From: Eutreptiella sp. 'Long Island Sound 2002'
Taxonomy: Eukaryota > Protista > Euglenida
Direction of reading: 5' to 3'
Assembly (NCBI GenBank): GCA_964036045.1
Contig: OZ038379.1
Span: 18,104,001 to 18,168,000 of the forward strand
Length of the DNA stretch: 64,000 nucleotides
The position numbers and the translations under genes are program-made. Numbering within the stretch: the stretch's first letter is position 1; every line of letters starts with the position of its first letter. The notes beneath the pieces are model-generated. The model did not search any database. It was not told the origin of the DNA and saw only the letters and a program-made list of their open reading frames with translations. Positions 1 through 12,500 of this stretch are shown piece after piece.

Positions 1-267
1 ACTTTGAGGGGGTCTGGAGGGGGGGGGGGTCTGGAATTCGAACAGGCCGCCCCGCTTGGACAAAACTTCAGTACAGTGGGCGCAACAAGGTAGACTATGT
101 CGTTGATTTCAATCTGTTGGTTTCAAAAACTGTTCAATAAAAAAAAAGAATCCGAAATCTCAATTGAAAAATCTTTTAAATAAGAAAATTCATATCAAAG
201 ACTGCCCAAGAGACTGCAGTGCAAAGCAGCAGTTATACAAAAACTGCCATTTTATCATAACCACTGC

Positions 268-370
268 CAACAACCGCCCACTGGTCATCGGTTGACCGTC
301 AACTGTCGGCGGTCGGCGGTGAGGGAACAACCGCCAGCAGTTGGCCATCAACCGTCGGCAGTTGGCGGGT
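268..370. repeat. AACCGCC/GGCGGTT-rich dispersed repeat copy
   Basis: 268-320 aligns without gaps to 63131-63183 with about 9 mismatches in 53 nt. Confidence 0.7.
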
Positions 371-387
371 ACTCGCCGGCCACACAC

Positions 388-552
388 CTGCTCCGACTTC
401 TGGGCCGCCTCCTGCAGCCGCGCGATCTCCACCTTCTTCTGCTCCTTCGACTGCTGCAGCGTGGCAATCGTCAGCTCCTGCTGCTTGAGGGCCTCCTTCT
501 TCTTCTCCTTCGACGATGCCAGAGCAATGATCGTGGCGTCCTTCTCTTCGCC
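388..552 (-). CDS. Exon (GEEKDATIIALAS...AQKSEQ); gene continues beyond the window's left end
   Basis: gcggtcgcag|GGC acceptor, CAG|gtgtgt donor; 165 nt, phase 0-0; no stop reached, so further exons are expected downstream. Confidence 0.85.
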
Positions 553-1232
553 CTGCGACCGCAAGCAAACCCCAGTTCGGATGGCCCGGGCGTGCAGATG
601 CTACCTACTCCTACTCTTGTGCGGGAGACCACTTCCAAAGGGGGGGGGGGGGGTTGCCATGAAGGCCGAGTAAGTGCGCGGGGGGTACTTTTGAGAAGAA
701 ATTGTTTACATTGCTTGTCGGAGGGGGACCGTCGTCCCCCTGCTCACAGGTGCTGCTTCTGCCCCGTCCCACGCTGGCGCCGGCATCACACGAAGGATTT
801 CCCAAGACAGTGAAGTTGGGAGCAGACTTTCGGTTGGTGTGCATCCTGTGATGAGAAAACACATAGGGATGCCCTGGGATGCAGGGAAATCATTTTGGAT
901 ACAGTGGGATACATGGGTGACAGTGTATTGCTACGGGGGGGGGGGGGGGCGGCAGGTATGGGTGGTGCACTGGGATACATTGGAATGCGGGGGGCATTGG
1001 GATGCGCGGGAAATTATTTTGGGATGCGCAAGATACACGCAAAACTTTTTCGGATGCCGCTTGGTGAGGCCACTGCTCGCACAGTGTGCTGGCACTCACA
1101 TGGCTTCGGTCCGAATACCCAACAAACCCTTTGAAGGAGGATCCACATTTCACAGGCAGACAGTCACATCCGGGGCTGCATTGCCCGGGTGTCGACCCTG
1201 CGACGCGCACGCGGGCCAGATATGTACGCATA

Positions 1233-1361
1233 CGCGTATACGTATACGCGACGTTGTAGACACTGTGCACATATAAGTTGACCCGAGTATAGTCTGTAGA
1301 CACTGTGCACCACAAATAGACACGGCCTGCTAGTTGTAGACACTGTGCACATGTTGTAGAC
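1233..1361. repeat. 18-bp perfect palindrome followed by a degenerate minisatellite (TGTAGACACTGTGCAC x3 at 40-nt period)
   Basis: cgcgtatacgtatacgcg at 1233-1250; exact 16-mers at 1255, 1295 and 1335; partial TGTAGAC at 1355. Confidence 0.8.
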
Positions 1362-1627
1362 GCGAAGAGACAACATTTGGGAAGGCGGCCGAAGGCCCCC
1401 TTGCCTAAAAAACGGTCCGCTAACGGCGTTTACCCGTGCACAAGGGCATATATTCGCGTTTACACACGTAAACGTACAGCCCTCACGCGGGCAGACGTGT
1501 GGGGGTGCCACTGGGCCGGACGGGGGGTGAAAGAGCAGAGGCGGTATGCGGTACCACAGACCTACCAACACACGCTCATGGCCACGGACACGGGCAGGGA
1601 CACGACACACCACAACCACGGACACAC

Positions 1628-2056
1628 CTGCTGCTGCAGCAGCTGCATCTGCGACTGCTGCATCGCCAGGAACGCCTGCGAATCCGCCAGGTTCTGGTGC
1701 AGCGCCGCCTGCCCGTCGTGCACACTGGCGGCGATGACGGCCACATAGCCCAGCAGGGCATCCTCCGTAACGTGCACGCGGGCGGACATCTCCGCGTCCA
1801 GGAGGTCCTGCCGCTGCTGGTACACGCGCTGCTGCCGCTCCAGCTGCACCTGCACACGCTCGAGCTCTTGCACATGCCGCGCCGTCAGCCGCTCCCGCTC
1901 CGCGGCATGCGACTGCCCCAGCTCCTCCTTCTGCAGCGCATGTCTGGCGGCGAGCTGCTGCAGGTCACGCTGGTGCTGAGCGATCAGCTGCTGCGCCGTG
2001 TCCTCCGCTGCACCTTGGGCCTGTTCGAGGCCCTGCACGCGTTGCTGCAGCGCAAC
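1628..2056 (-). CDS. Exon (VALQQRVQGLEQ...QLLQQQ)
   Basis: gcgctcctcag|GTT acceptor, CAG|gtgtgt donor; 429 nt, phase 0-0; Q/E/A/L heptad pattern. Confidence 0.9.
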
Positions 2057-2655
2057 CTGAGGAGCGCAGGTGGACGGGGGGGTTGAAGGGACGAGACGAG
2101 GCATTGCCTCTACCACCGTCGATCGTAGCTGCCAGGCTCGGCGGCACTTGAGGGCAGGCAATGAGGGAGGGTTCGCGTTGCCCGCACCTGCACAGCAAAT
2201 GGCCATTGAGCCCCACAAAGTGCATTTCTTACCTCAAACCCGCGAATCCCAGGAAGACGCATCGCAAAGCCAGACGAATCCCCCACTTCTGACACGGGGG
2301 ATCACCACAGCTGTCGCCCGCGCGCAGGGCTCGCACAGGGCCCACACTCACCTCAGTGCACCCCACAACCTGCACCGGGTGGACGGGAGAGCAGAAGAGG
2401 ATGGGCTGGTGCAGGCACACAAAGGCCACAGGCGCCGGAGGGTGACAGTCCCGTTACCGGAGGCGGAATCCCCAGCGCCGGAGGGCGACGGTTCCATTGG
2501 CGGGAGACGGGGCAACCAGCCGTTGGTGTGCAACTGCACGTGACGAGGTGCGCGATGCGCCAGCACGCGTGAGGCCTTTCGCCAACGCACAACGGAGGGG
2601 GGGGCAAGAGCGGCACCGGCGCACAGGATCGACAGAGCCGACCGCACGAACGGAC

Positions 2656-2987
2656 CTGCGCCTCATCGGCAGCCGCCAGCAGGGCCTCACGGTCACGAGC
2701 CCCGACGGTCTCCTTCGCGGCCATCTCGTCTCGCAGCGCCCGCAACTGCAGCTCGGCGGCTTCGGCCCGGGCCTGGGCCTGGGACTTGGCGCCGGCCTCG
2801 GCTTCAGCGATTGCCTGCACGTCCTCCATGTCCGACTGCAGGGCCTTGAACATGATGTCCTTTTGGATGCAGGACCGCTGCAGCCCCGTGACCGCAGCCT
2901 GCGAGTCTTGGAGAGTCTCGCACGCCTGCAGGTACTGGTACATGAGCTGCGAGAGCTGCGTGGCCGAGTACTGCAGGCTGTGGATGC
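2656..2987 (-). CDS. Exon (GIHSLQYSATQL...AADEAQ)
   Basis: tgctctttcacag|GC acceptor in phase 1, CAG|gtccgt donor in phase 0; 332 nt. Confidence 0.9.
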
Positions 2988-3442
2988 CTGTGAAAGAGCA
3001 GGGCCAGGGCTGTGAAGCCGCCTAATGTCCAGGCGGGTTGGGTCTTGTGGCATGGGCTGAGTGCGGGGCGCTGCATACGAAAGTGTACACAAGGCTCTGG
3101 CTGCGATACAGTGCCTGAGAACTGGGCGCGCGCCGCGCAGACGGCGGCTTCACCTGCCTTCCTGTGCGGCGCGGTGCGCTATGCCCGTGCGCACTCGCGC
3201 GCCCGCAGGGGCCCGGTGCGCTTGCAGAGGCCCGCGACTGCTGCACACTGCGCGTTGCGTCTGCACCCTCCTCCGGAGAGGCAGGGAAACCCGGAACAAA
3301 GCAGGAGAAGGAGGCGAGGGATACCCCTGCGTCGTGTGTACTCTGTGCCACGTGCTGCACGGGCCTCAATCCATGCTGCAGCAGAATCTTCTGGCACCAT
3401 CCCATGGGACTCGGAGGCTGGATGGGGATGGGGATGGGGATG

Positions 3443-3500
3443 GGGGGTTGCCACAAAGGCTGAGTAAATATGCCGGTTGGTACGTCCGGGCGTGCGCAGT
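3443..3500 (+). repeat. Representative copy of G-run-TTGCCATAAAGG...GCCGGTTGGTAC dispersed element
   Basis: Similar segments near 640-692, 3501-3550, 3617-3667, 5268-5312, 5512-5580, 6332-6387 and 61103-61155. Confidence 0.6.
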
Positions 3501-4707
3501 GGGGGGGGGGGGGGGTTGCAATAAAGATCAAGGACAATGGACCGGTTCACCTGCATCCTGCACTTGTTTGAATTTTGAGGGGGAGGCCCCCGCCCGCACA
3601 AAGCGCGGTCGGTCGACCATCAAAGGTGAGGTCGGTTTGCCAGGTACTTCCGGTACAACGCACTTGGATGTGTTGTGGGGCGGCGTGCCTCCGGGCTGTA
3701 GTCGGCCGATGCTTTGGCGGTGCAGTGCCTCCGCTGCTCGCCGCATGTGGAAGGGGGGGGAAGGGGGGGGGGGGGGATGAGGTTGGGATGTCTGTCACAA
3801 CGCTCCCCCTGCAGCCGTCTGCCCGGGTGTCCCATGCAGGACACCTCGGACAAGCGTTTGTAAGGCGCTTGTTCAGCTTCTTTGATTTGGTTGCAGAGCT
3901 TTTGGGCTCCTCCTGCATAGCTGTAGACGAAAGGGGAGGGGGGGGTTGGCAATGGCGCCTTCGTGGATTGCTGTCTGAAGCTGGCGGCGCCTATTGGCCT
4001 TTCGCCACTGCCTCTTGTCCTTTCCCTCCGTTGGCAGCGGTACCCATTGGCCTCTCACCGCCTAATGCCCTAGATGTACCGGCCATGCCTATCCTTACCT
4101 CCCTGCACTCCTTTCCCTCGGAAGGTGGGTACACGCGTGGGGGGGGGGGGGGTCCGGTAGGCTGGAGGGTGCTATGTCATACAACCCGCGCCCAGGGCCA
4201 GGGGGTTGGTGAGCCGTGCCGGTGGAGTTTGGGGGACGCACCACGGCCCCGCAGGCTAAGGTCCGCGAGGGGCGCAGGACAGACCATAGAGACCAGAAAC
4301 CCTGCAAAGTTGGTGGTACCAATGGGGGATACCGGAAACGGAACCCATGATGATGCTGCCCCCGACCTGCCCGATGCCGCGCCTCCACTTTCGGTTTCTG
4401 CCACCCGCCTACCGGTAAGGCTCCGCCGGGAGTTTGACCGGGCACTGTGCATTGGGTGACTGCACTGTGCCCCCCAGCCCACCCCCTCCCCTTCTGCGGC
4501 CCCTTGAGCAGGCCGTTGCTAGACCACCGCAACTGCCATCCGGGGCATGAGTCCTATTCCTGAGGACCACTCGCCGACACGCTAGCGCACAACCGGGCGT
4601 GTTGCCAACCGTCGGTGCCAGACCCCCGTGTGCGAACCCTCGACCACGGGGTCTTGGGGAGTGTTCGGGGGCCGCGGCTTTACTCCCGGCGCCGGTCGAG
4701 TGGAACC

Positions 4708-4780
4708 TTCGACTCGTGGGATTTGAACCTGGAACCATCGGTACAGGAATCGTGTGCTCTAACATCTCGACCGACCAACG
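4708..4780 (-). other. Degenerate tRNA-derived (SINE-head-like) sequence in an intron
   Basis: Minus strand reads ggtcgagatgttagagca ... ggttcaaatccc with tRNA-like A/B box spacing; stems are imperfect. Confidence 0.45.
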
Positions 4781-4912
4781 TCTCTGGCCGGCAGCCGTCG
4801 GTTGCCGGTAACTGCCCCACTGCCCACTACCCATATCACACCCACCAAACACCCCGGGCCTGCGGGAAAGCGGAGCCCACGTATTCCCCACCAGTTCTCG
4901 CGGCACACATAC

Positions 4913-5179
4913 CAATGTCCTCCTCCTCAACGATGTGCACCCGCGAGAACAGCTCCTGCTGCTCGACATCGCGCAGCCGCACCTCCTGCACCCCCAACAG
5001 CAGTTGCCGGAACTCGAGGCCGTGCTGCTGCCGCAGGTCCTGCAGCTCCTGCTCCAGGGCTGCCACCCGGGCCTCACTGCCGGCGCTCTGCTGCTGCAGG
5101 CGGGCAGCGGCCTGCTGCGCCTCCTGGGCCTCAGACTGGGCGGCCAGCAGCTGCGCCTGCAGCACCGTGCGCTTGACTA
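4913..5179 (-). CDS. Exon (VVKRTVLQAQLLAAQ...VEEEDI)
   Basis: ccgctccag|TA acceptor in phase 1, ATT G|gtatgt donor in phase 1; 267 nt; strong coiled-coil character. Confidence 0.88.
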
Positions 5180-6077
5180 CTGGAGCGGACAGCCGGGCTC
5201 CATTCAGCCCTGTGGCACGAACACATGGGAAGGTCAGACCGGGTCTGCTGCACAAGCTTGGCATTGCGCCTGAGCGAGTAGGCCGGTTGGTACTTCCGGG
5301 TGTACGTACTTGTTCGCCTTTTGCGGAGGGAATCCTCCGCGTGGCTGACCCCAACAGCCGGGGAACAACGGGGAAGGGGGGGGCGGGGGGATGGAGACCC
5401 AATTGCTGGGAGCTAAGCGACGGTGTAGGTGCAGGCCTTCGGTAAATGGACCCGGTTTAACACAGCCACCTACCAAGAGCTACTGGATTGCACCCACTCA
5501 AAGGCTCCCTGGGGGGGAGGGGTCACCATAAAGGCTGGGAAAGTGTGCCGGTTGGTCCTGCCAGGTCCTGCGCACTGGTTTGGGTTTTCAGGAAGGAATT
5601 GTTTGCGTTGCTTGTCCACGCCGCTGGGGAAAGGCGTTTGTGGTGGGTGAGAATGGGACACTTGTCCCTCCACCCACAAATGCTGCTTCTGCCCGTTGGT
5701 GTCCCTTCCACTCAGGCGCCGGCAATGCATCACATTCCATCCACTTGTTTCTTCCCACACCTTGGGTCTGCCCGAGTGGGGGCCATGGTCTCGTTCAAAC
5801 ACTGCTCAAACTACGAAGTTCATAACAATTGCGGCAAACCGGTTGTTCCGGTTCGAATGCCCTGCTGCTGGGCTCAATAATCAAATGGCCCCTTCTTGAT
5901 CACATCCCTGGCCTCTGGCCTCCTCCCACTCACTACTTACTGAAGAGGTTCAGGACAACACGTGCCATGGACGTGGAGGAGGGGCCGGGGGGGGGGGGGG
6001 ATGGAGGTGAGGGGAAGGCTCCGTGCGTCGGGGAAGAGGCGCGGCGAAGCCAAAACGCAAACCGCACGCCCACGCAC

Positions 6078-6255
6078 CTGCAATGAGCAGATTGTGGCTG
6101 TGCAGCAGGTGTACACGCTCCAGCATCTCCTCGTGCACCAGGGCGTAGCACTGCTGGTCATGCTGCCGCATGGACTCCATTGAGGCATACACCGCCCCCA
6201 GCTCGTCTTGATATGCAGACTGCACCTCTGCCAACTCCGCCGACAGCTGCATGGC
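6078..6255 (-). CDS. Exon (AMQLSAELAEVQSAY...HNLLIA)
   Basis: ctacag|GCC acceptor (an alternative in-frame AG would start the exon at 6276), GCA G|gtgcgt donor in phase 1; carries the degenerate motif. Confidence 0.8.
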
Positions 6256-6823
6256 CTGTAGCAGTGCGTAGATGGGCTGTAGAGACATGGGGGGTTTTCC
6301 GTACAGGCCGGGCGGGGGGGGGCGGGGCTGAACCATCAAAGATGGAGGAGGTTTGCCGGTTGGGACTTCGGACTTCGCGCACTTGGCTGTGCTTTGTGGA
6401 GGCGTGGCCTCCGGGCACGTCACGAAAGGGAAATCACCCCCGAACCCCACAAACAAGTTCGGCTTTCCACGACCCCAATCCCCGCCTTCGTCGGACCCGG
6501 TGGTGTGAAGGGCACTTCTTTGCCCCAACTGCACGACTTCCCACACACACACACACCAGGGGCCCTCATATGGCAATGCCGGGGGACGCCGGAGGAGGCG
6601 AGGGTATCTAACTGACCAGCGCACGAAGCAGGGCAGAGGGTGCAGGGCATGGGCCACAGGGCCCAGACGGGGGAAGACATGGCGCAACTCCGTCGTACAG
6701 AAGCGTCAGTTGTTCAGCGACCGCGTTCGGCGAAACGCCAGCCTCCGGGGGCTGACTGCCAACCCGAGGGGGTGTTTGACGGGCGAGGTATGGCTGAGGA
6801 CAACAGCAGCAACAAAACGAGAC

Positions 6824-6886
6824 CGACTCCTCAAAGACTGCCCTGAGCGAGGGGCATAAGCGACTGGGCAGAGGGGTCTCCGCAAC
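6824..6886 (-). CDS. Candidate small exon (VAETPLPSRLCPSLRAVFEES)
   Basis: Pyrimidine-rich acceptor ccttttcccagcccattcag|GTT, weak donor TCG|gtctcg; 63 nt, phase 0-0, so optional for frame continuity. Confidence 0.3.
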
Positions 6887-7338
6887 CTGAATGGGCTGGG
6901 AAAAGGCAGGAGGCAGCGGCACTCGTGTTTGCATCCCGGCACCCCAGCACCCGCGCGTCTATTCTCCGACCATCACCAACAAAACGCCCCACGGTGTACC
7001 CTCCACTCCATGTCACTGCCCTCCAACGATCGAGACGCTGCGCACAGCATCGGATCTTTTATGGGGTGATTCACGGTGTCGCCTTCCGGTTCGTCTCATA
7101 CCGAGCGGGTGGTCGCCTGGTTGACCGGGTGGCTACGGTCGGTTAAGGGCCAGCGGGGGCACGAGGCTTTCATCTCGAGGGTCACACAAACCGGATTTTT
7201 TCAAAGGGTGATTCGTGGCAGTTGCGAAAATTTGCCCCTTGCAACCCCCATGCGATGCCCCTCTTGGAACGGCCGCTGAGCACGCTCCATCCTGAAGGGA
7301 TCCTGAAGGGGAGACGACGACAAAGACGTGGGGTTGAC

Positions 7339-7413
7339 CTTTCGATCCCCGTCTGCAATGGACTGGTTGAGGTCTTGGATGTGCTGCTGCTGCTGCTCCA
7401 CGAGCGTCTGCAC
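7339..7413 (-). CDS. Exon (VQTLVEQQQQHIQDLNQSIADGDRK)
   Basis: gttgtcccgcag|GTG acceptor; AAG|gtcaac is a weaker donor, so the 3' boundary is less certain; 75 nt, phase 0-0. Confidence 0.68.
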
Positions 7414-9581
7414 CTGCGGGACAACGGACAGCGTTGGAGTGCATTGCGGATGCCCGGCCAACTGGATGATGGGGAGGAGCGCCATCCACAAAGGCATGGG
7501 GGAAGACCGGCACCAATGAAGGTCCAAGTCAGGTCAGACTACACCAGAAGGACAGTGGGTGGAGCCAGTGGGGGGGGGGGGGGGGGGCTTTCACAGCAAA
7601 AAACCAAACTGCCTCCCGGTTTGGCGGTCTACAGGCTGGCGGCCAATCGACGGCGGTTGTCGGGCAACCGATGCCAGACGGCGGTCAACCCGACGGTCTA
7701 CAAGGTGCAGGGGGGAGGGGGAGGGGGGGGGGTCCTTCAGCAACGTCAAAGAGGAAAGGAAACAAAGAAAGGGCCCTAAAGCCCCCTCCCCCCTGCCTGG
7801 AACCTCCGGAAGGCGGGCCTTGGTGACAAAACCATGCACCAGGAGCTTCTGCCCGAGTTGCAGGGACTGAGCCATTCCAGTCCCTAAACAATAGACTCTC
7901 AAAGCAACTGCTTTGACGGGGCCAGGCCTTTGCTGACTGGGGAGGCAGGGCGTTGCTTGAGCAGGGTGCGGGGGGGGGGGGGGTCCAAGGGGGAGCCCCG
8001 GCTGCTGGAGCACACCATCTCCTGAAGAAATCGCAGGTGGTACCATAATGCGCTGGGCCGGATTGCTAGAATGTTGCAACAAGTGAATTGCAACTCATCC
8101 TTCCAAGTCCGTTCACAGTTACCTCACCTGACCAATATGCAACACAAACATGAAAGAGGGATGGATGCTTCTTGTCACTGATAACTGTGTACTTGAAACG
8201 GTGTCCTTTGCAACCTTTTTGACACTGCCTAGCCAGTGTAGTCTCTGGTCTTTGCGGGATGGATGGTTCCTGGACGACCTTGGTTTTCTTCGGTGTGTTT
8301 TTTGGTTTATGAAAAGTCAGCAACTTTCTGTGCTTCATTGTCTGCCACCTCTTTATCTCATCCTGGAACCAGAAATACCGGGGGCGGGGGATTTTGAACG
8401 GGCATCATTTCGCCGGGGAACAGTTAGAGGCCCAACTGCCTCACGTACACCCTACTGTGCCCTGCCCTGTCGACACAAGTAAAATTTCGCCAGGCGCCAT
8501 TTCACCACCTTACTTACAGACGGAATTTTACCACGAAATTATCCCCGCCTGAAATCCCCCCCTCGTACAGGATCATGTCGACCACGTCTTCACATTTCGC
8601 GTGTGGGGGAGCCCAAGAACGCACTTTCCCGGCACTCATGATATCTGCATGTTTGCTGCAACACAAAATACAGGAGGCACAGACGGAGTGACCGTTCAAT
8701 TCCTCTTCACGTGGGCCGAAGATGCGGCAGAAAACCCTTCTGGCGGCTGGCGAAAACAGTCCCCTGAACTCTGTTTCTTTACCTTTTTCAGATTTAGAGC
8801 ATGCGGAGGGGGGGGGGGGGTCCAGGTGGAGGGATCCCCTGTGAAATTCCCCGTTGAACTCTGAGCAGTTTGACTGCACATCGGGGGGCAAAAGATTGTT
8901 GACCACTGACCATTGGCGAAAAGAAACACGAAATTCTGGCAGCCACAACACCAAACCTCCGAAAGCACCCAACGAGCCGACCCGATGTTCCTGGCGCCCA
9001 TGGGAGTAGATTTGGGGGTCTCAAGGGAGGCAGGGAGTCCAAGTCTATACTTGGACGCCTCTGTGCCCTTGTGCATCAAAAACGTGCTTTGTTGGGTATC
9101 ACAGGCCCCGTATTCCCCGTTCCCTGGCTCGCTCTCTCGCTCTCTCGCTCTCTGCCTCTGACTCTCTCTGTCGTCGCTGCCCCTTCCCACCCACCCTCTT
9201 GCTAAATCCGTGAGAAACATCCCATCCCACGCCAACCCTTCTCAAAGAAGATGTGCAACCCTGAGAAGGGGCAAGGGGTCATGGCACCACCATCGGCAAA
9301 TGGGACGCACGCATAGCGACAGCAGCAGTAATCCCCTGTGGCAGAGGTGAGGGATCGCTCTGGTTTCCCGGTTTGTATAATGTATTCCTGAGGTTCGCAA
9401 ATCTGAGGCAGGAAGTGCACCCTCTGAGGCCAGAGGCCCTTTGCTTTGCACATGTGATCATTGCGCCTGTCGCCCGCGGGCAGGACAATGTGCGACGCAC
9501 GCAAGGCCTCCAACATGTCTCCCTACCCACAGTTCCCCACCCCCCGAAGGCCAAACGCCCCACGCCCCCAGTCACACGCAC

Positions 9582-12500
9582 CTGCGCGAGTTCCGCATGC
9601 ACGCCAAGCGTCTCCGCATCGACCTTGGAGCACGCAGCCATGATCGCCAGCACGTCCTCGCGCTCCCACAGCCCCAGCCCTACCCGGACCATGAGCTCCT
9701 CCTCCTGCAGGGCCCACACGTGCTGCTCGTTCAGCTCCTGCGACTCAAACGCGGACGCCAGCGCCTCCAGCTCGCGGCCGTACAGCGTGCGCACCGCATC
9801 CACCTCCAGCCCCGGGTCCATCACGGGCCGGGCCCAGCCCGCACTGGCGACCCCCGCGGTGCCGGCAAGCGCCGCGGCCGCGATACCGACCGCCTCGAGG
9901 TGCTGCTCGGCGGCGAGCCCCGCACGCTGCAGCAGCGCGTCCTCAAGCAGGGCCCAGCGCTCCCGAGAAGGGGCGCCCAGGGGGCTAATGCCTGAGGCCT
10001 GCCGTGACAGCGGGGGCGTCATGGGGGAGCGCGGGCGCACGCCAAACTCCTCGTGTACCCGGTCCAGCTCCGTCATGTACATGTCGTAGGCCACCGCCAG
10101 CTCCTCCTGCAGTGACTCGTGCTGCTGGATGGCGTGCCATGCGGCAGCGCTGTGAAGCTGACCGGCAAGATCCAGAAGCGCCGTGCAGGCATCCTGCTCA
10201 AGGGCCGACCGCCACGTGGCCTCGTTGTACGCAACACGCAGAATATCGCACTGCGCAACGAGGGCCCGCAGCCTGCATTGACCTGTGGTGAGCTGCGTGG
10301 GAATGGCGCGAAGATCCTGCAAAACGCGTTCCCCGTCCGCCAAGAAAACAGCAGGGGCATCGAGGGAAGAAGGATCAAGAGAGGGGTGTTGAGCAGTGAG
10401 AGACGTGTGCAAGTGATTAAAAAGAGCTCGCACCCGATCCAGCTCGTCACGCTGCTCAGCATCGACCACCGCATGGTACTCACCCAGCTCCACACTGCTT
10501 CCCCTCTGGATCTCAAGCAAATCCAAATACTGCTCTTCGAGGATCCTGCAACGCGCAGTCCCTTCCTCCTCAAGCAGCAACAGCTCCACCACCTGCTGCT
10601 CCTTCGCTTGCAGCGACTCCGCAGCTGCACCCGCATCCTCTGAATGCGCAACCATCACCGCCTGTAGGCCACGGACCGCATCCACATGCTCGGTGTACTC
10701 GGCCTCCAGGATTTGCTGTCGCAATGCACGCTCCTCCGCAGCTAAGTCATTCAGCTCAAGCCTCTCCTCAAGCTCAGCAACTCTCTGCCGCATATGCGCG
10801 GTCTCTTGCTCCCACTCCGCATGCTGTCGGTCCTTGTCGGCCAGCTGCATCCGTACCTCCGAGTACTGGCTTTGTTGTGATTGCAGTGTCCCTTGTAGAC
10901 TCAACAGTTGCTGCCGCAGCATGGCCTCCGTCATCACGCCAGACGCCATCGTCACATCAAAGAAGTCGCTGCTCTCCGACTCCTCAATCTGCAGCCGCTC
11001 GCTGAGTTCACTGTTCCTCACGTCCCACAACTGCCGCTCCTGCGCAAGATTGGCGGCTGCCGCATCCAATTGTGCAGAAGCAAGCTCAACAGCCTGTTGA
11101 TAGTCGGTGGATGCAGCCGACAACGCACTCCGCAGGCCAGACATGTTGCCCAACAGCCAGCTGTCAGACGCTGCAATCAGGTCAATCACCTCGCTGTGTT
11201 CATCTTCCATCAGCTGTTGCCGTCCTGCAAGCTCTGTGGATGTCAGGTCACTCAGCAGCTTGGCATATCCAATCACGTCAACCCCATCCTGAATCTGCGT
11301 CTTCTCCAAGTCCAGATTGCAGTTTTCTGCAATCACATCTGCAAGCATAGTTTCCTTCTCAACCAGCAGTGACTCGAACGTACTGCCCCGTTGAGCTTGG
11401 GCTGCAGTATGCGTCTCGAAGGCCTCAAACTGCAATGACACCCTTGCCTCAGCTTCAGCCCTCTCCAGCATCAAGATCTCCTCCTGCTGCGATGCACGAG
11501 CAGATGCTGCAGCCGCTTCCTCAGTGAGTTCAACAACGCGCTTTTCTGATGCAGCTGCTGCCGCACTCACTTCAACAACGCGCTGCTGTACCTCGGCAAA
11601 TTCCATTTGCGTTTGCTGAAGCTTCACTGACAGCGACGCTACATCTGCCTCACTCGAACCGCTGTCTTCAACCGCATGCCCATCCAGTGCAGCTGACTCT
11701 GTACCCTGCTGCAGGGCACACGTCACACCCTCGTGATGCCATACGCCCAGCTTCTCCATAATGCTGCAGTACTCGTCTTGCACCATCGCCAAGCGGCTTC
11801 CAATCTCTGCATATTCCGCATCCATCTTGGTCTTTTCCTCGCCAGCCTGCAGAAGCCGCTGCTCAAGCTCTTCTAGCTTGAATGCTGCACTCACACGCAC
11901 ATCGTCCTTGTCCTGTATTTCCTCCTGCAGTCGAGCTGCACTATCACGTTGGGCATCCACAACCTCCTGCAGCCTGTTGAACAGGGCTTCTTGATCCTGC
12001 AAAGCACGCTGGTAATCAACAAGCTGCTGATCACGCAGCTCCGCCTGCCTCGCATGCTCCGAAACCGCTGCACTATGCTGAAGTGTCACCCATTCCATGC
12101 CCAAACCATGTCGGCATCGGTACTCCTCAGCGATCAACTCGCCCCGCTGCAGCGTCTCCTGCAGCTCCGTTTCAGATGCAGCGTGTTGCGCTCGCACCCG
12201 ATCCAGCTCGTCGCGCTGCTCAGCATCGACCACCGCATGGTACTCACCCAGCTCCACACTGCTTCCCCTCTGGATCTCAAGCAAATCCAAATACTGCTCT
12301 TCGAGGATCCTGCAACGCGCAGTCCCTTCCTCCTCAAGCAGCAACAGCTCCACCACCTGCTGCTCCTTCGCTTGCAGCGACTCCGCAGCTGCACCCGCAT
12401 CCTCTGAATGCGCAACCATCACCGCCTGTAGGCCACGGACCGCATCCACATGCTCGGTGTACTCGGCCTCCAGGATTTGCTGTCGCAATGCACGCTCCTC

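Noticed and set aside
1255-1350. CRISPR array
   Set aside because: Only three 16-nt repeats with 24-nt spacers, one spacer is a decayed repeat copy, there are no cas genes, and the context is a eukaryotic intron.
8381-8553. MITE bounded by ggggcggggga/tccccgcc inverted repeats
   Set aside because: The match is short and low-complexity in a G/C-run-rich intron, and no target-site duplication is evident.
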